A stretch of DNA of 64,000 nt from Candidatus Niyogibacteria bacterium (GTDB taxonomy: Bacteria > Patescibacteriota > Minisyncoccia > HO2-45-28). How positions within the stretch are numbered: the stretch's first letter is position 1; every line of letters begins with the position of its first letter. The stretch is from positions 452,709 to 516,708 of the forward strand of contig CP066691.1 in NCBI GenBank assembly GCA_016432485.1. The letters are read 5' to 3'. Positions 50,163-61,455 of this stretch are shown one piece after another. The notes under the pieces are model-generated. The model ran no database searches, had not been told where the DNA came from, and worked only from the letters and a program-made list of their open reading frames with translations. Both the position numbers and the translations under genes were made by a program.

Positions 50163-50412
50163 AAATCCTCCTCAATTTCAAAAAACCTGTTTTTAAGATA
50201 ACACCTGAAACCAAGCCGCGCCTCTTTACAAAAGGAATAAAATGGTTTTTAAAAATTTCAAGAGAAAGCACCCTCCCGAAATTTTGGAAAAATTAGGGTT
50301 TTGAGATCACAAAATCCTCCCCGCGAACGGAGGGGTTTTTAATATTTACTTAAAAACGCCCGTGTGTTATTTTCAGCCCAGAGATGGCTTTCCTTGAAAA
50401 TATAAGCAGGGG

Positions 50413-51246
50413 GTGGAAATGCTCAAAAGCAATGAATTTCCAAACGGACAAAAGGAGCATCTTACCTATTACAAGGCGCTGTTTGGTTATATCGTCATCG
50501 GGACCATTTTTATTTTTCTTGTAAGCGTCGGCATCGCGCAAACACTTCTTGCCTGGAACACCTCGGTATTTGTCAGCACCATGCTAATGTTCGCGGTAAT
50601 GGTTTTTTATTTCAGAAAAACCTTGAAAAGATCGGGGTTTATGGGTCTCGAAAAAGACGCTTTGGACTTGGTAAGAAAAAAGTTGGCGGAGACGGAAACG
50701 GAAAAACTGCCCGATTGCCATGAACTTATTTTTGAAACCGACGCTTTTTTTGAAAGATATTCCGCGACGGAATTTAACGGCACTTCTGTCGTCGACTATT
50801 TCAGGGACTTAGGAAAAAGAATCAAGGCGGTCGGCGCGCTTGCGGGCAAACACAAAAAAGAACCCGTGCTCACAGATGAATTAAAATTCTGTTTCTATGC
50901 CAATATGGAACGGCTTATCAAACCAACGGTCAATGGCGCTAGAAAACTTCTTCTTTTCGGTTTTCTGGGAACGGTCACGGGAATTCTGTTAATCGGTGTG
51001 GGCATGCAATTCGGGGAAAGCGCGCAACAGGCTCAGCTCATAGCGAAAGAACTGATCGGCGGACTTGGGGTGGCGGCAATAACAACCATTTTAGGCCTTG
51101 TCGGAAACTTGTTCTTGAGTTCTATTTACGAGCAGCATGAAGACATAAGAGATCGGATTCTCGCGGAACTTGCGCGCCTGACAAGTATCTACGGATTGGA
51201 TCTGTGCTCGCCTCCCGAACCAGAGGAGGAAATGGCGAATGGATAA
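50413..51246 (+). CDS. MotA/TolQ/ExbB proton-channel family protein
   Basis: two N-terminal TMs; LFGFLGTVTGI and GLGVAAITTILGL helices. Confidence 0.75.
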   Translation: MEMLKSNEFPNGQKEHLTYYKALFGYIVIGTIFIFLVSVGIAQTLLAWNTSVFVSTMLMFAVMVFYFRKTLKRSGFMGLEKDALDLVRKKLAETETEKLPDCHELIFETDAFFERYSATEFNGTSVVDYFRDLGKRIKAVGALAGKHKKEPVLTDELKFCFYANMERLIKPTVNGARKLLLFGFLGTVTGILLIGVGMQFGESAQQAQLIAKELIGGLGVAAITTILGLVGNLFLSSIYEQHEDIRDRILAELARLTSIYGLDLCSPPEPEEEMANG

Positions 51247-51895
51247 ATGGAGAATTTTTTCAAGAAGAGAATCCGACCATGCTATCGTCCAGGGAGACCT
51301 GACGCTTCTTATAGCCATTATTCCTTTTATGCTTGTGTTTTTGTTTCTAATTCACCTAAACGACGCCTCAAGCAAAGACCAAGACAAAAATCCCTTTGAA
51401 GTCACGGTTGAATGGGACGGAAAATCGCCGGTTGATATTGATACCTGGACTTGGTGCACCAACCCCTCGACGGAACTTTGGGAAATTGTCAGTTACCAAA
51501 ACAGAAAGGGCAAATTTCTTCTTCTGGACCAGGACGACAGAGGTTACAAAGACGAAAGTCCTCTTGACGACAAAAATAAAGAGAAAGTAAAATCGCTAGG
51601 TAACCGTCTGCCGGCTGCCCTTTGCGGGGTAAATCTGCATGTCTACGGCACAAACGGCGGAACTCTGCCCATTGAAGTAACTGTGTCTGCAGTCCTTTTC
51701 AAGGGGCACGAGACCGGAAAACAAATTGTGCTTTTGGACCAGAAAAAATTTACCCTAAGCAGAGTTGGAGAAGAAATTACGACAACCAGTTTTGAAATTG
51801 ACACGGAAGGCAAATTAATGGTAGGAAGTAATAAGACGACAATCCAGATGCGTTGCGCCAGTTCTTCTGGTCGCAACTGTACTCCTGCCTGGTGA
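51239..51895 (+). CDS. MotB/ExbD-like single-TM protein with DUF2135/YfaP-like periplasmic domain
   Basis: Asp at the start of the TM (GDLTLL...); V.VEW.....DIDTW, LDQDDRG, VNLHVY. Confidence 0.6.
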   Translation: MDKWRIFSRRESDHAIVQGDLTLLIAIIPFMLVFLFLIHLNDASSKDQDKNPFEVTVEWDGKSPVDIDTWTWCTNPSTELWEIVSYQNRKGKFLLLDQDDRGYKDESPLDDKNKEKVKSLGNRLPAALCGVNLHVYGTNGGTLPIEVTVSAVLFKGHETGKQIVLLDQKKFTLSRVGEEITTTSFEIDTEGKLMVGSNKTTIQMRCASSSGRNCTPAW

Positions 51896-51905
51896 GGGAC
51901 GGAAA

Positions 51906-52628
51906 ATGGACGCACCGCTCTTCGGCGTGCTAAAAACTACTTTCAGAATTGTTTTTTATTCAGAGCCATGGTTTGAATGGTTGGTGCCTATTTTGACGAC
52001 TCTTGTAATGTTGTACTGGCTCTTTATAATTCTGCACCGGACACATGCTTCAAGAAATTTTAAAGTTTCCATGGCGATCTTATCTCTGCCGATCTCTTTC
52101 ATGCTGTTAAACATACCTAATTTCTATAAATATATGAACGCGGGCGCGCCAGACAAAAACTGCCCGGAAATCAACATCAATCCGTTAACCAAAGAAATTG
52201 AACCGATTAAATACGATTATTTAGCACAGCATGTGGTGCCGGGTCCGGTAGAATCGGGATTCGCCGACTTGTTTCTTAAACAGCACGAAATCTTTGGGCA
52301 AAGTTTGAACGTCCAAAACTCTCATGTTTGCCGTCTCCCTTACGATGAGCGAACAAGAATGCTCCTGCAAAATTTGCAAGAAGCAAAAAGACTTCAGGGG
52401 GAGGCGGCTAAAAGAGCCGGCGTGCCTGTCGAATCGGCCTCGGAATTCGGAAACATTCGGATTACTCTGCCGGGTTCTGCAGAAAGCAGAGCGAAAATGG
52501 ATTCTGCTTTACGCAAAAAGGGCGACAAAGAACAAAAGGGTGAACGAGATCGTGATGAAAGTTTCGGTCGCGCCGAATTCAAGGCGCCAAAGACAAATCT
52601 TGTCCCAAAGACGGAAACGGGCCGGTGA
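51906..52628 (+). CDS. two-TM hypothetical protein, third gene of the motor-like cluster
   Basis: co-oriented, 10-bp gap, two TMs. Confidence 0.6.
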   Translation: MDAPLFGVLKTTFRIVFYSEPWFEWLVPILTTLVMLYWLFIILHRTHASRNFKVSMAILSLPISFMLLNIPNFYKYMNAGAPDKNCPEININPLTKEIEPIKYDYLAQHVVPGPVESGFADLFLKQHEIFGQSLNVQNSHVCRLPYDERTRMLLQNLQEAKRLQGEAAKRAGVPVESASEFGNIRITLPGSAESRAKMDSALRKKGDKEQKGERDRDESFGRAEFKAPKTNLVPKTETGR

Positions 52629-52728
52629 AATATCCGGCCTTTTAATTTGACAGATCGGCTATCTTTATAAAAATAGCCCCGCCATCCGTTATATTCCTAT
52701 AACGATTAGCGGGACTGGATTCAAAAAA

Positions 52729-53565
52729 TTATTTTGGAGGAATAAAAAATCTTTTTATTTCATCCGAACACTTTGCGCATTTATCCATAATTTCGCGCCC
52801 AATCGCGTTAATTTTCAGCATTCCGCCGATGCGGCTAAGGTATCTGCCGAATGGGTCCATAAGCACATACTGCGCCAGACCAACCAACTCAAATTCTCCG
52901 TCCTTTATAGCCACAACCGGCCCGCCGCTGTCGCCCGGATATATGCCGTTAGAGATACGCGCGGTATCTTGATTTTCAGATGCGGTCAAAGATGACACAA
53001 TGCCCTCGCGGACGTTAACGCCGCTTGAAGCCGGATCGCCTACGATATAAATAAAATTCCCCAGGCTCAGTTTATTGCTATTTCCGATGGAATAAGGAAA
53101 AAACGGGACTTTTAAAAACGGGGGTATTTCAAAAAGAGCCACTTCAACAATCCCATCCGCGCTCACGTAAAGCGGGTCTAATTTATACTCTCGGCCACCG
53201 ACCATAATAAAAGTTTCTTCGGATATTTTTTTCGCGGGGATTATGGTCGGGCCGAACGGCGTCATAACCTGCAAAGAAGGCGGGTGCTTCACCACGTGAG
53301 TCAGGGTCAGCAACAGCCGCCCCTCATTTATGGCCAACCCCCGTCCGTCCAAGATGCGGATTATTTTTTTGGAAACATTGGGAGGCACATCTTCGGTTTG
53401 TTCAAAAACAGTTTTGGTTCTTATTCTGGCAAGGGCCGGAATAATCTTTTCGAGCTTGCTTCCCAAATCAGGAATCAAAGAATTATTATTGTCGTACGGC
53501 TCGGCTCGAGCCAGAAAACCGCCCAAAAACACCAAAATAAAGGCCATTAAAAGAATCTTCCTCAT
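52729..53565 (-). CDS. secreted trypsin-like (S1) serine protease
   Basis: signal peptide, LT..HVV, PGDSGGPV. Confidence 0.85.
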   Translation of the reverse strand: MRKILLMAFILVFLGGFLARAEPYDNNNSLIPDLGSKLEKIIPALARIRTKTVFEQTEDVPPNVSKKIIRILDGRGLAINEGRLLLTLTHVVKHPPSLQVMTPFGPTIIPAKKISEETFIMVGGREYKLDPLYVSADGIVEVALFEIPPFLKVPFFPYSIGNSNKLSLGNFIYIVGDPASSGVNVREGIVSSLTASENQDTARISNGIYPGDSGGPVVAIKDGEFELVGLAQYVLMDPFGRYLSRIGGMLKINAIGREIMDKCAKCSDEIKRFFIPPK

Positions 53566-53749
53566 CTTCTTCCTCCTTTTTTGTCAACGAACGAAGGAAT
53601 TTCGTCCGTGATTAGCCTAAAGAAAAACCGAGTTTTTGGCGTGACTAAAATTCCTTGGCTAGGAATAGAGTCGGCGCCGAAAACTCGGTTTGCCCTTTTC
53701 TTTTCACCCTTACCTCCAAAATACTCTTCTCATTTTGTTTGTCAAACCC

Positions 53750-53860
53750 TTATACCGGAAGATCTTCCAAATCGTCAGAAAGCTCAAAATCTTCGTCCAG
53801 CAACTCATCAGAAATGATGTCTTCCTTTTTTTCACTATCCTGAAAAGTTTTGTCAGTCAT
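53750..53860 (-). CDS. 36-aa acidic small ORF
   Basis: manual translation MTDKTFQDSEKKEDIISDELLDEDFELSDDLEDLPV. Confidence 0.4.
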   Translation of the reverse strand: MTDKTFQDSEKKEDIISDELLDEDFELSDDLEDLPV

Positions 53861-53927
53861 GTTTTTAATAACCAAGATACAATAATCAATAATCAAACAA
53901 ATTCAAATAACCAATATTATTGGTTAT

Positions 53928-56030
<2,103 letters not shown>

Positions 56031-56060
56031 AAATCAAATGAAATTTAGTTTAACATACGA

Positions 56061-56252
56061 ATATTGACGTGCGAAAGGGGGTCGGGGAAAACTGTAGTTT
56101 TCCCCGTAGAGGAAAACAGCGACCCCGCAGTTGCGGGGGAGCGCTAGAAACCGAGAGGTTTCTAGGGAGGCCTTTGGCCGACGCGTCAATATGAGCGATT
56201 ATTCCGATATCTCTTGTCTTTTCAATAGGAAAATCTCTTGGCATAAATCAAA
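56061..56252. repeat. multi-hairpin element plus 70-bp duplication of the fusA 5' end
   Basis: 56183-56252 is identical to 55969-56038; three internal hairpins. Confidence 0.88.
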
Positions 56253-56258
56253 CGAGTA

Positions 56259-57068
56259 TTAATTTATTTCTTTCTTTTTATCTTCTTTTATTTTCTGGTA
56301 CGCCCTTTCAAAATCTTCATGGGCTTTACGACGCTCCTTGGAGCCAGGTTCAGAAAGTCGCAAAAGCTGACGCCTCAATCCGTGCCATGCCTGTTCTTTC
56401 AAATATTTTTCGCCTTTCTCGGCTAACGCTTTTTCGTCTTCCGGCAATTCTTCCGAAGAAATTCCGCGGGACTTTACTTCTTTATCCGCGCTTGCGTCTG
56501 CGCCTTTCGTTTGCTCTTTTTCTTTGGCGCGCCGTCCCATCACCACATCCTTCTCTTCCACAAAAGGGTAAATCTCGGTGGGGTCAATGCCATTATGACG
56601 ATAATAATCTGCCTCCAATTCATACGCGCGCGCGATAAACGGCGCTATCTCAAACATTTCCTTCTTCGCCCCACCCTCTTCAATCATAAATTTCATAGTT
56701 AAGGCAAACCATTGCCGAAAAATCTCCGGCTGTTCAAACGGCGTCTCCTTTTCAGGTTCTGCGGATGCTGTTAAATTTTCAACTTTTTGCTGAAAATCGC
56801 GAAATCGGTTGTTAAATTCCTCGTCGTTATCCGATTCTCTCAAGACAGGGTGATTAAGCTCTCCATCAGCGGCGGTAAAACCAACTACAATCATTTCTTG
56901 AAAGGTTTTCTCCCTTAAATTCTTTTCAAGTTTCTCATCGCTCCAAAAACGTTCAGCTTCTTTAGGGTCTTCGTGGAGTTTACGTAAATATTCACGTCTC
57001 AACGGCGGAATTATGGATTCATCCCACGGAACGGGTTTTTCAAATCGCGGTTCTTGTTCAATTCCCAT
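56259..57068 (-). CDS. charged helical hypothetical protein inserted between rpsG and fusA
   Basis: 269-aa E/K/R-rich ORF; no recognised motif. Confidence 0.7.
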   Translation of the reverse strand: MGIEQEPRFEKPVPWDESIIPPLRREYLRKLHEDPKEAERFWSDEKLEKNLREKTFQEMIVVGFTAADGELNHPVLRESDNDEEFNNRFRDFQQKVENLTASAEPEKETPFEQPEIFRQWFALTMKFMIEEGGAKKEMFEIAPFIARAYELEADYYRHNGIDPTEIYPFVEEKDVVMGRRAKEKEQTKGADASADKEVKSRGISSEELPEDEKALAEKGEKYLKEQAWHGLRRQLLRLSEPGSKERRKAHEDFERAYQKIKEDKKKEIN

Positions 57069-57077
57069 AAATTAAAA

Positions 57078-57200
57078 TTACCATGCAAAATGACCAAACT
57101 TCAAATTTCCCCCGACCCCCGTCTCGGACACCCTCGGTTTCTGACGGTCGCTTCGCTCCCTGCCTTCCGACGCGGGGGAAATTTCTTCGCTCATTTCGTG
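57078..57200. repeat. hairpin element downstream of rpsG with inverted and direct copies of the rpsG 3' end
   Basis: AAATTTCCCCCG...CGGGGGAAATTT at 57103-57184; 57185-57200 inverts the rpsG end; 57078-57098 re-encodes FGHFAW*. Confidence 0.8.
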
Positions 57201-57668
57201 TTACCACGCGAAATGAGCGAAGGCACGGTTGGCTTCGGCCATCTTGTGGGTGTCCTCTTTTTTCTTAACCGCGGCTCCTTCGTTCTTGGACGCCAGAATC
57301 AGTTCTTCAGCCAATTTTTCAGACATTGGTTTTCCTTTTTTGGATTCGGCCGCCTGAATCAACCAGCGCATCGCGAGCGTCAACCTCCTTTCCGGCCTGA
57401 CTTCGCGCGGCACCTGATAATTCGCGCCTCCAACCCGGCGCGACCTGACCTCAAGCGCGGGCGAGATATTTTTAATTGCTTCATCCAAGACCGTCATCGG
57501 TTCTTTTTTGGCTGTTTTTCCGGCTAAATCCAACGCGCTATAAACGATTTTTCGCGCAATATTTTTTTTACCGGAAAGCATAATATGATTAATAAGTTTT
57601 GAAACAACAATGGACCCGTAGCGATAATCGGGCTCAATTGATGTTTTTATTTTTACTTTTCTTCTCAT
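57201..57668 (-). CDS. rpsG: 30S ribosomal protein S7
   Basis: EVRSRRVGGANYQVP, HKMAEANRAFAHF. Confidence 0.98.
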   Translation of the reverse strand: MRRKVKIKTSIEPDYRYGSIVVSKLINHIMLSGKKNIARKIVYSALDLAGKTAKKEPMTVLDEAIKNISPALEVRSRRVGGANYQVPREVRPERRLTLAMRWLIQAAESKKGKPMSEKLAEELILASKNEGAAVKKKEDTHKMAEANRAFAHFAW

Positions 57669-57717
57669 AACGCGATACTAATATACGAATTCATGCGAAT
57701 AACACGAATAATTAAAA

Positions 57718-58131
57718 TTATTGCTTTGGTCTTTTGGCTCCGTATTTGCTTCTTTGCTGTTTTCGTTTATCAACGCCGGCGGTATCAAGAACGCCCCGAA
57801 CAATATGATAGCGCACGCCGGGCAAATCCTTCACCCTGCCGCCGCGAATCACCACCACCGAGTGTTCCTGCAGATTGTGCCCTTCGCCCGGAATGTAGGC
57901 CGTAACCTCCATACCGTTGGTAAGCCGGACCCTGGCCACCTTACGCAAAGCCGAATTGGGCTTTTTAGGCGTAACCGTCGAGACTTTAACGCAGACTCCG
58001 CGCTTAAAAGACGACGGATAAAATATCGGCCTGTTTTTCAAGACATTAAAACCGCGCCGCAGGGCAACGGCTTTAGACTTCCTTATTAAAGGCTTGCGGC
58101 CCCTTTTTATCAGCTGATTAAAAGTCGGCAT
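57718..58131 (-). CDS. rpsL: 30S ribosomal protein S12
   Basis: [22 protein letters not shown]. Confidence 0.98.
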   Translation of the reverse strand: MPTFNQLIKRGRKPLIRKSKAVALRRGFNVLKNRPIFYPSSFKRGVCVKVSTVTPKKPNSALRKVARVRLTNGMEVTAYIPGEGHNLQEHSVVVIRGGRVKDLPGVRYHIVRGVLDTAGVDKRKQQRSKYGAKRPKQ

Positions 58132-58174
58132 AAAAGTAATAAGTACTATAACTTTTTGAGTTTAAATAGTCAAA

Positions 58175-58882
58175 TTAAAACAACCCAACTCCGGTTATCA
58201 GACGAAAGGCCCATAAAATAACGGGGAAAATGAAACGAAAGAGGAAAAATATGAAAAAGATGAGAACCATAAACCCCCACCGTTCCATAAAATACTCAAG
58301 CTCCGGCCAGTGCCGGCCTATGAGAGCGAAAAGCACCTTTGAGCCGTCAAGCGGAGGAATGGGCACAAGGTTGAAAAAAGCAAGAAGCAGGTTTATAAAT
58401 ATTATCAACAGAAAAATAGCATACACGGATTCTACGAAGTTTGACCCAATCACACCAAGAGATATCTGTCTGGTCAAAAAACCAAAAACAAATTTAACCC
58501 ACAGCTCTTCCCTAATGCTGGCAGTAAGTGGTAAAAGAAATCCTAATATCCCAAAAATAAACGCAACAAAAATATTTGAAGCCGGCCCCGCAGCACCAAC
58601 CAAGGCTGGTCCCCAACGTTGGTTACTAAGATTATAAGGATTATACGGAACCGGTCGGGCCCAACCAAAAATAAACGGGGATCTAATTAAAACTAAAATA
58701 AGAGGCAAAAGCACGGAGCCGAACGGATCAAGGTGTTTTAACGGATTAAGCGTAAGACGGCCCTCGTTTTTTGCTGTGGGGTCGCCCAAGGAATAAGCGG
58801 CATAACCATGGGAAACCTCGTGCACCACGACCGACATTATCAAAACCGTTATTGAAAATATAAAATCTACTGATCCTGACAT
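58175..58882 (-). CDS. site-2 protease (M50) family metalloprotease
   Basis: HEVSH, AGP.SN, NL.PIPPLDG; start set at MSGSV. Confidence 0.92.
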   Translation of the reverse strand: MSGSVDFIFSITVLIMSVVVHEVSHGYAAYSLGDPTAKNEGRLTLNPLKHLDPFGSVLLPLILVLIRSPFIFGWARPVPYNPYNLSNQRWGPALVGAAGPASNIFVAFIFGILGFLLPLTASIREELWVKFVFGFLTRQISLGVIGSNFVESVYAIFLLIIFINLLLAFFNLVPIPPLDGSKVLFALIGRHWPELEYFMERWGFMVLIFFIFFLFRFIFPVILWAFRLITGVGLF

Positions 58883-58918
58883 TGATTTAATCTTTAGTTT
58901 ATCATAAACTCTTAAGAT

Positions 58919-59161
58919 ATGGCGCAAAAGTGCGAACTCTGCGGCAAGGGGTCCAAAATGGGCGGAAAGCGAAACTTGCTTCGCGGAAAATACAATCCCA
59001 CAAAGACACAAAGAAAAAAACCCAATTTGCAATGGGCGCGCTTGCCCGCCGAAGCTTTACTCGCCCGGCGTAGCCTTGGCGTAGCGGGGGCGAAGGCGGA
59101 ACTTCCCAATGGCAAAAGGGCTTTAGTTTGCGCGAAGTGTATTAAAAAATTGTATAAATAA
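58919..59161 (+). CDS. rpmB: 50S ribosomal protein L28 with palindrome-derived in-frame insertion
   Basis: KCELCGK, KPNLQ, VCAKCIK; insert PAEALLARRSLGVAGAKA. Confidence 0.88.
   Translation: MAQKCELCGKGSKMGGKRNLLRGKYNPTKTQRKKPNLQWARLPAEALLARRSLGVAGAKAELPNGKRALVCAKCIKKLYK
59046..59099. repeat. nested palindromic element in rpmB
   Basis: CCGCCGAAGCTTTA[30 nt]GCGAAGGCGG. Confidence 0.85.
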
Positions 59162-59216
59162 AATCCGCCTTGGCGAGACTGCCGCGTGTCTCTAAAACTT
59201 TAACGGTAGCGCAAGA

Positions 59217-59290
59217 CGGGACGTAGTATAGTGGTAGTACGTATGCATGGGGTGCATATAGTGGGAGTTCGATTCTCCCCGTCCCGACCA
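59217..59290 (+). tRNA. tRNA-Pro(GGG)
   Basis: acceptor CGGGACG/CGTCCCG, anticodon arm TATGC-ATGGGGT-GCATA, TTCGATT loop, encoded CCA. Confidence 0.92.
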
Positions 59291-59418
59291 AGTTAAACTT
59301 TTTTTAAATCTTTTGCTGGGGACAGAGAGGTTGCCTCGCGGCCTCTTTCATTTGAAAATCAGGAGTGGTATTATCTAGTCGGCAGTATTTTAACTAATGA
59401 CTAAAGAAAGGGGGCCAA

Positions 59419-60696
59419 ATGCGCAATCTGGAAAACATTCTGGGACGCGTCCGAAAAAGCGCGGAACTGCTTGAACTCGGAGACAAATTAATCGAAATCC
59501 TCACCAGTTTTAAATGCATCTGGTCATGCGATCTTCCGGTAAAAATAAGAGGCAAACAGCAGTTAATACCGGCAGTACGAGTTTGGCATCGCTCCCCCCA
59601 CAACGATAAGCCCACAAAAGGCGGAATCCGCTTTCACCCGAATATCAAGTTAACCGATATGCAGGCGCATGCTATTGAAATGTCGCTTAAAAATTGGCTG
59701 ATGGAATTGCCCTTTGGCGGCGCAAAAGGCGGAGTGGCAATTGATCCCGGTAGATGCAGTAAATCAGAACTCAAAGCTATAACTGAAAAACTGGTGGATG
59801 AATTAGACGAACGCAATATGATCGGGCCGTATCTGGATGTTCCCGCGCCGGATGTCGGAACAAATCCTGAAATTATGAATTGGATTCGCCAGCGCTTTGC
59901 CCAAAGACGCCGGACGCGCGAAACAGCCCAATTCGCCGGCGTTGTAACCGGAAAACCGGTAGGCTACGGCCGCGACGGCATCCCAGGCAGAGAACAGGCA
60001 ACCGGCTATGGATTGATTGAGGTTCTGGAAATAGTCCTTAGATTGAAAAGAATTTCGCCGGATAATATGAAACGAGTAGCTATAATGGGCTTTGGAAATG
60101 TCGGAGCGAACGCGGCGCGTTTTCTGGCTCAAAAAGGCTATGAGATAATCGCTCTGGGGGATGTCGATGGCGCGGTGTACAGGCGCGACGGCTTTGACCC
60201 AGATGAATTATCGCGTGTAAAGACGCCCCATGAATTAAAAGCCGCGAAAATCACTAATCATGAACTTCTGGAACTTTTTGATATAGATATTTTGCTGCCG
60301 GCGGCTTTGGAAAACGTGATTACCGAAGAAAACGCTTTACACGTTAAAGCAAAAATTATTCTTGAAGGCGCCAACGGCCCGACAACGCCGGAAGCGGATG
60401 AAATTCTGGAAAGCCGAGAAATTTTGGTCATCCCCGACATACTGGCTAACGCCGGCGGCGTTACGGTTTCATTTTTTGAATGGGCGCGAAATACCGGATA
60501 CGCCAAAGATCCGCGCGTGCCGTTCAACACCGAATATGATAAGAGCATTCTAACGGCGATGTCAGACATACTGAAAAAAGCGGCGGTGGAAGTTTTTGAA
60601 TACAGCTCTAAACACCAGCTTTCATTACGTCAAGCGGCCTATACTGTTGCCATAAAACACGTGGCTTCCTTGCTTCGCGATAAATATCTCGTCTGA
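59419..60696 (+). CDS. gdhA: Glu/Leu/Phe/Val dehydrogenase (glutamate dehydrogenase-like)
   Basis: KGGIRF, PFGGAKGG, DVPAPDVGT, GFGNVG, EGANGP, NAGGV.VS.FEW. Confidence 0.9.
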   Translation: MRNLENILGRVRKSAELLELGDKLIEILTSFKCIWSCDLPVKIRGKQQLIPAVRVWHRSPHNDKPTKGGIRFHPNIKLTDMQAHAIEMSLKNWLMELPFGGAKGGVAIDPGRCSKSELKAITEKLVDELDERNMIGPYLDVPAPDVGTNPEIMNWIRQRFAQRRRTRETAQFAGVVTGKPVGYGRDGIPGREQATGYGLIEVLEIVLRLKRISPDNMKRVAIMGFGNVGANAARFLAQKGYEIIALGDVDGAVYRRDGFDPDELSRVKTPHELKAAKITNHELLELFDIDILLPAALENVITEENALHVKAKIILEGANGPTTPEADEILESREILVIPDILANAGGVTVSFFEWARNTGYAKDPRVPFNTEYDKSILTAMSDILKKAAVEVFEYSSKHQLSLRQAAYTVAIKHVASLLRDKYLV

Positions 60697-60698
60697 TC

Positions 60699-60730
60699 AA
60701 ACAGGCGGCTCAAAGAGCCGCCTGTTTTTT
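60699..60730 (+). terminator. intrinsic terminator
   Basis: AAACAGGCGGCTC-AA-GAGCCGCCTGTTTTTT. Confidence 0.8.
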
Positions 60731-60736
60731 ATTTTC

Positions 60737-60756
60737 GTGTCCGCCCGGAAGGAATC
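60737..60756. repeat. att-like 20-bp duplicate of the tRNA-Lys 3' end
   Basis: GTGTCCGCCCGGAAGGAATC, identical to 61330-61349. Confidence 0.9.
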
Positions 60757-60842
60757 TCCCGCAACTCTAGCCGTCTTCCAATGCAGAAAAAAGAGGCGGT
60801 CTCTGTAGAAACCGCCTCCCTATGTTGTGTGGAGCACAATCA

Positions 60843-61151
60843 TCACCGCACCCGAACGGTGCCGCCCTTGAAGATGACGCCCGCGCAGACGTACACCTCC
60901 GCGGGCTTGCCCGCTGGATTGGTTGCCTTCGCGGTAAACCGCGCTGCGTCCTTCTTGTCGCATCCCCGAAAGCCGACCGCAAACCAGGCATGGTCCACAA
61001 TCTGGATATTGCTGTATCCCTGTGCTTGGAGTGTACGGACAGCGACGTCCTGGCTCGCGAAGACACCCCTGCCGACTCCAATGAAGAGAGCGACAAGGAT
61101 GAGAATAACGTAGAGCACGATCGGCCCATCGTTACTGCTGTGCCCGCTCAT
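60843..61151 (-). CDS. small secreted/TM-anchored two-Cys protein in the tRNA islet
   Basis: GAGGAGGGAG SD, N-terminal hydrophobic helix, GC-rich codons. Confidence 0.75.
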   Translation of the reverse strand: MSGHSSNDGPIVLYVILILVALFIGVGRGVFASQDVAVRTLQAQGYSNIQIVDHAWFAVGFRGCDKKDAARFTAKATNPAGKPAEVYVCAGVIFKGGTVRVR

Positions 61152-61332
61152 TGTTTCTCCCTCCTCAAAGAGCTGTTCTCTGCCACAGGGTTGCGGCAGA
61201 GATTATTGGTTTTTAGGGTTTCCAATAATAACCGAAATATAGCAGTAATCACCGTGAGGTCAAGACAAACAAAAAACCAGCATCCCTGCTGTTTTCGTAG
61301 CTAAAATCTTTAGCTTGCGCTTTTCTAAAGTG

Positions 61333-61405
61333 TCCGCCCGGAAGGAATCGAACCTTCAACCTTATCCTTAAGAGGGATCTGCTCTGCCAATTGAGCTACG
61401 GGCGG
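61333..61405 (-). tRNA. tRNA-Lys(CTT)
   Basis: acceptor CCGCCCG/CGGGCGG, TAGCTCAATTGG, anticodon loop CTCTTAA, GGTTCGATTCC; CCA not encoded. Confidence 0.92.
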
Positions 61406-61455
61406 AATCTAATATATAATAAGTAGAGAAAACTTTGATTTCAAGGAGGAAAGAA

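Noticed and set aside
50413-52628. Canonical Zorya system or flagellar stator
   Set aside because: No long ZorA tail, no OmpA-like domain in the B subunit, and no zorC/D/E or flagellar genes
56050-56244. Second functional EF-G or a split/intron-containing fusA
   Set aside because: Only about 21 codons match and the downstream fusA is complete from its own ATG; no group I/II intron hallmarks recognised
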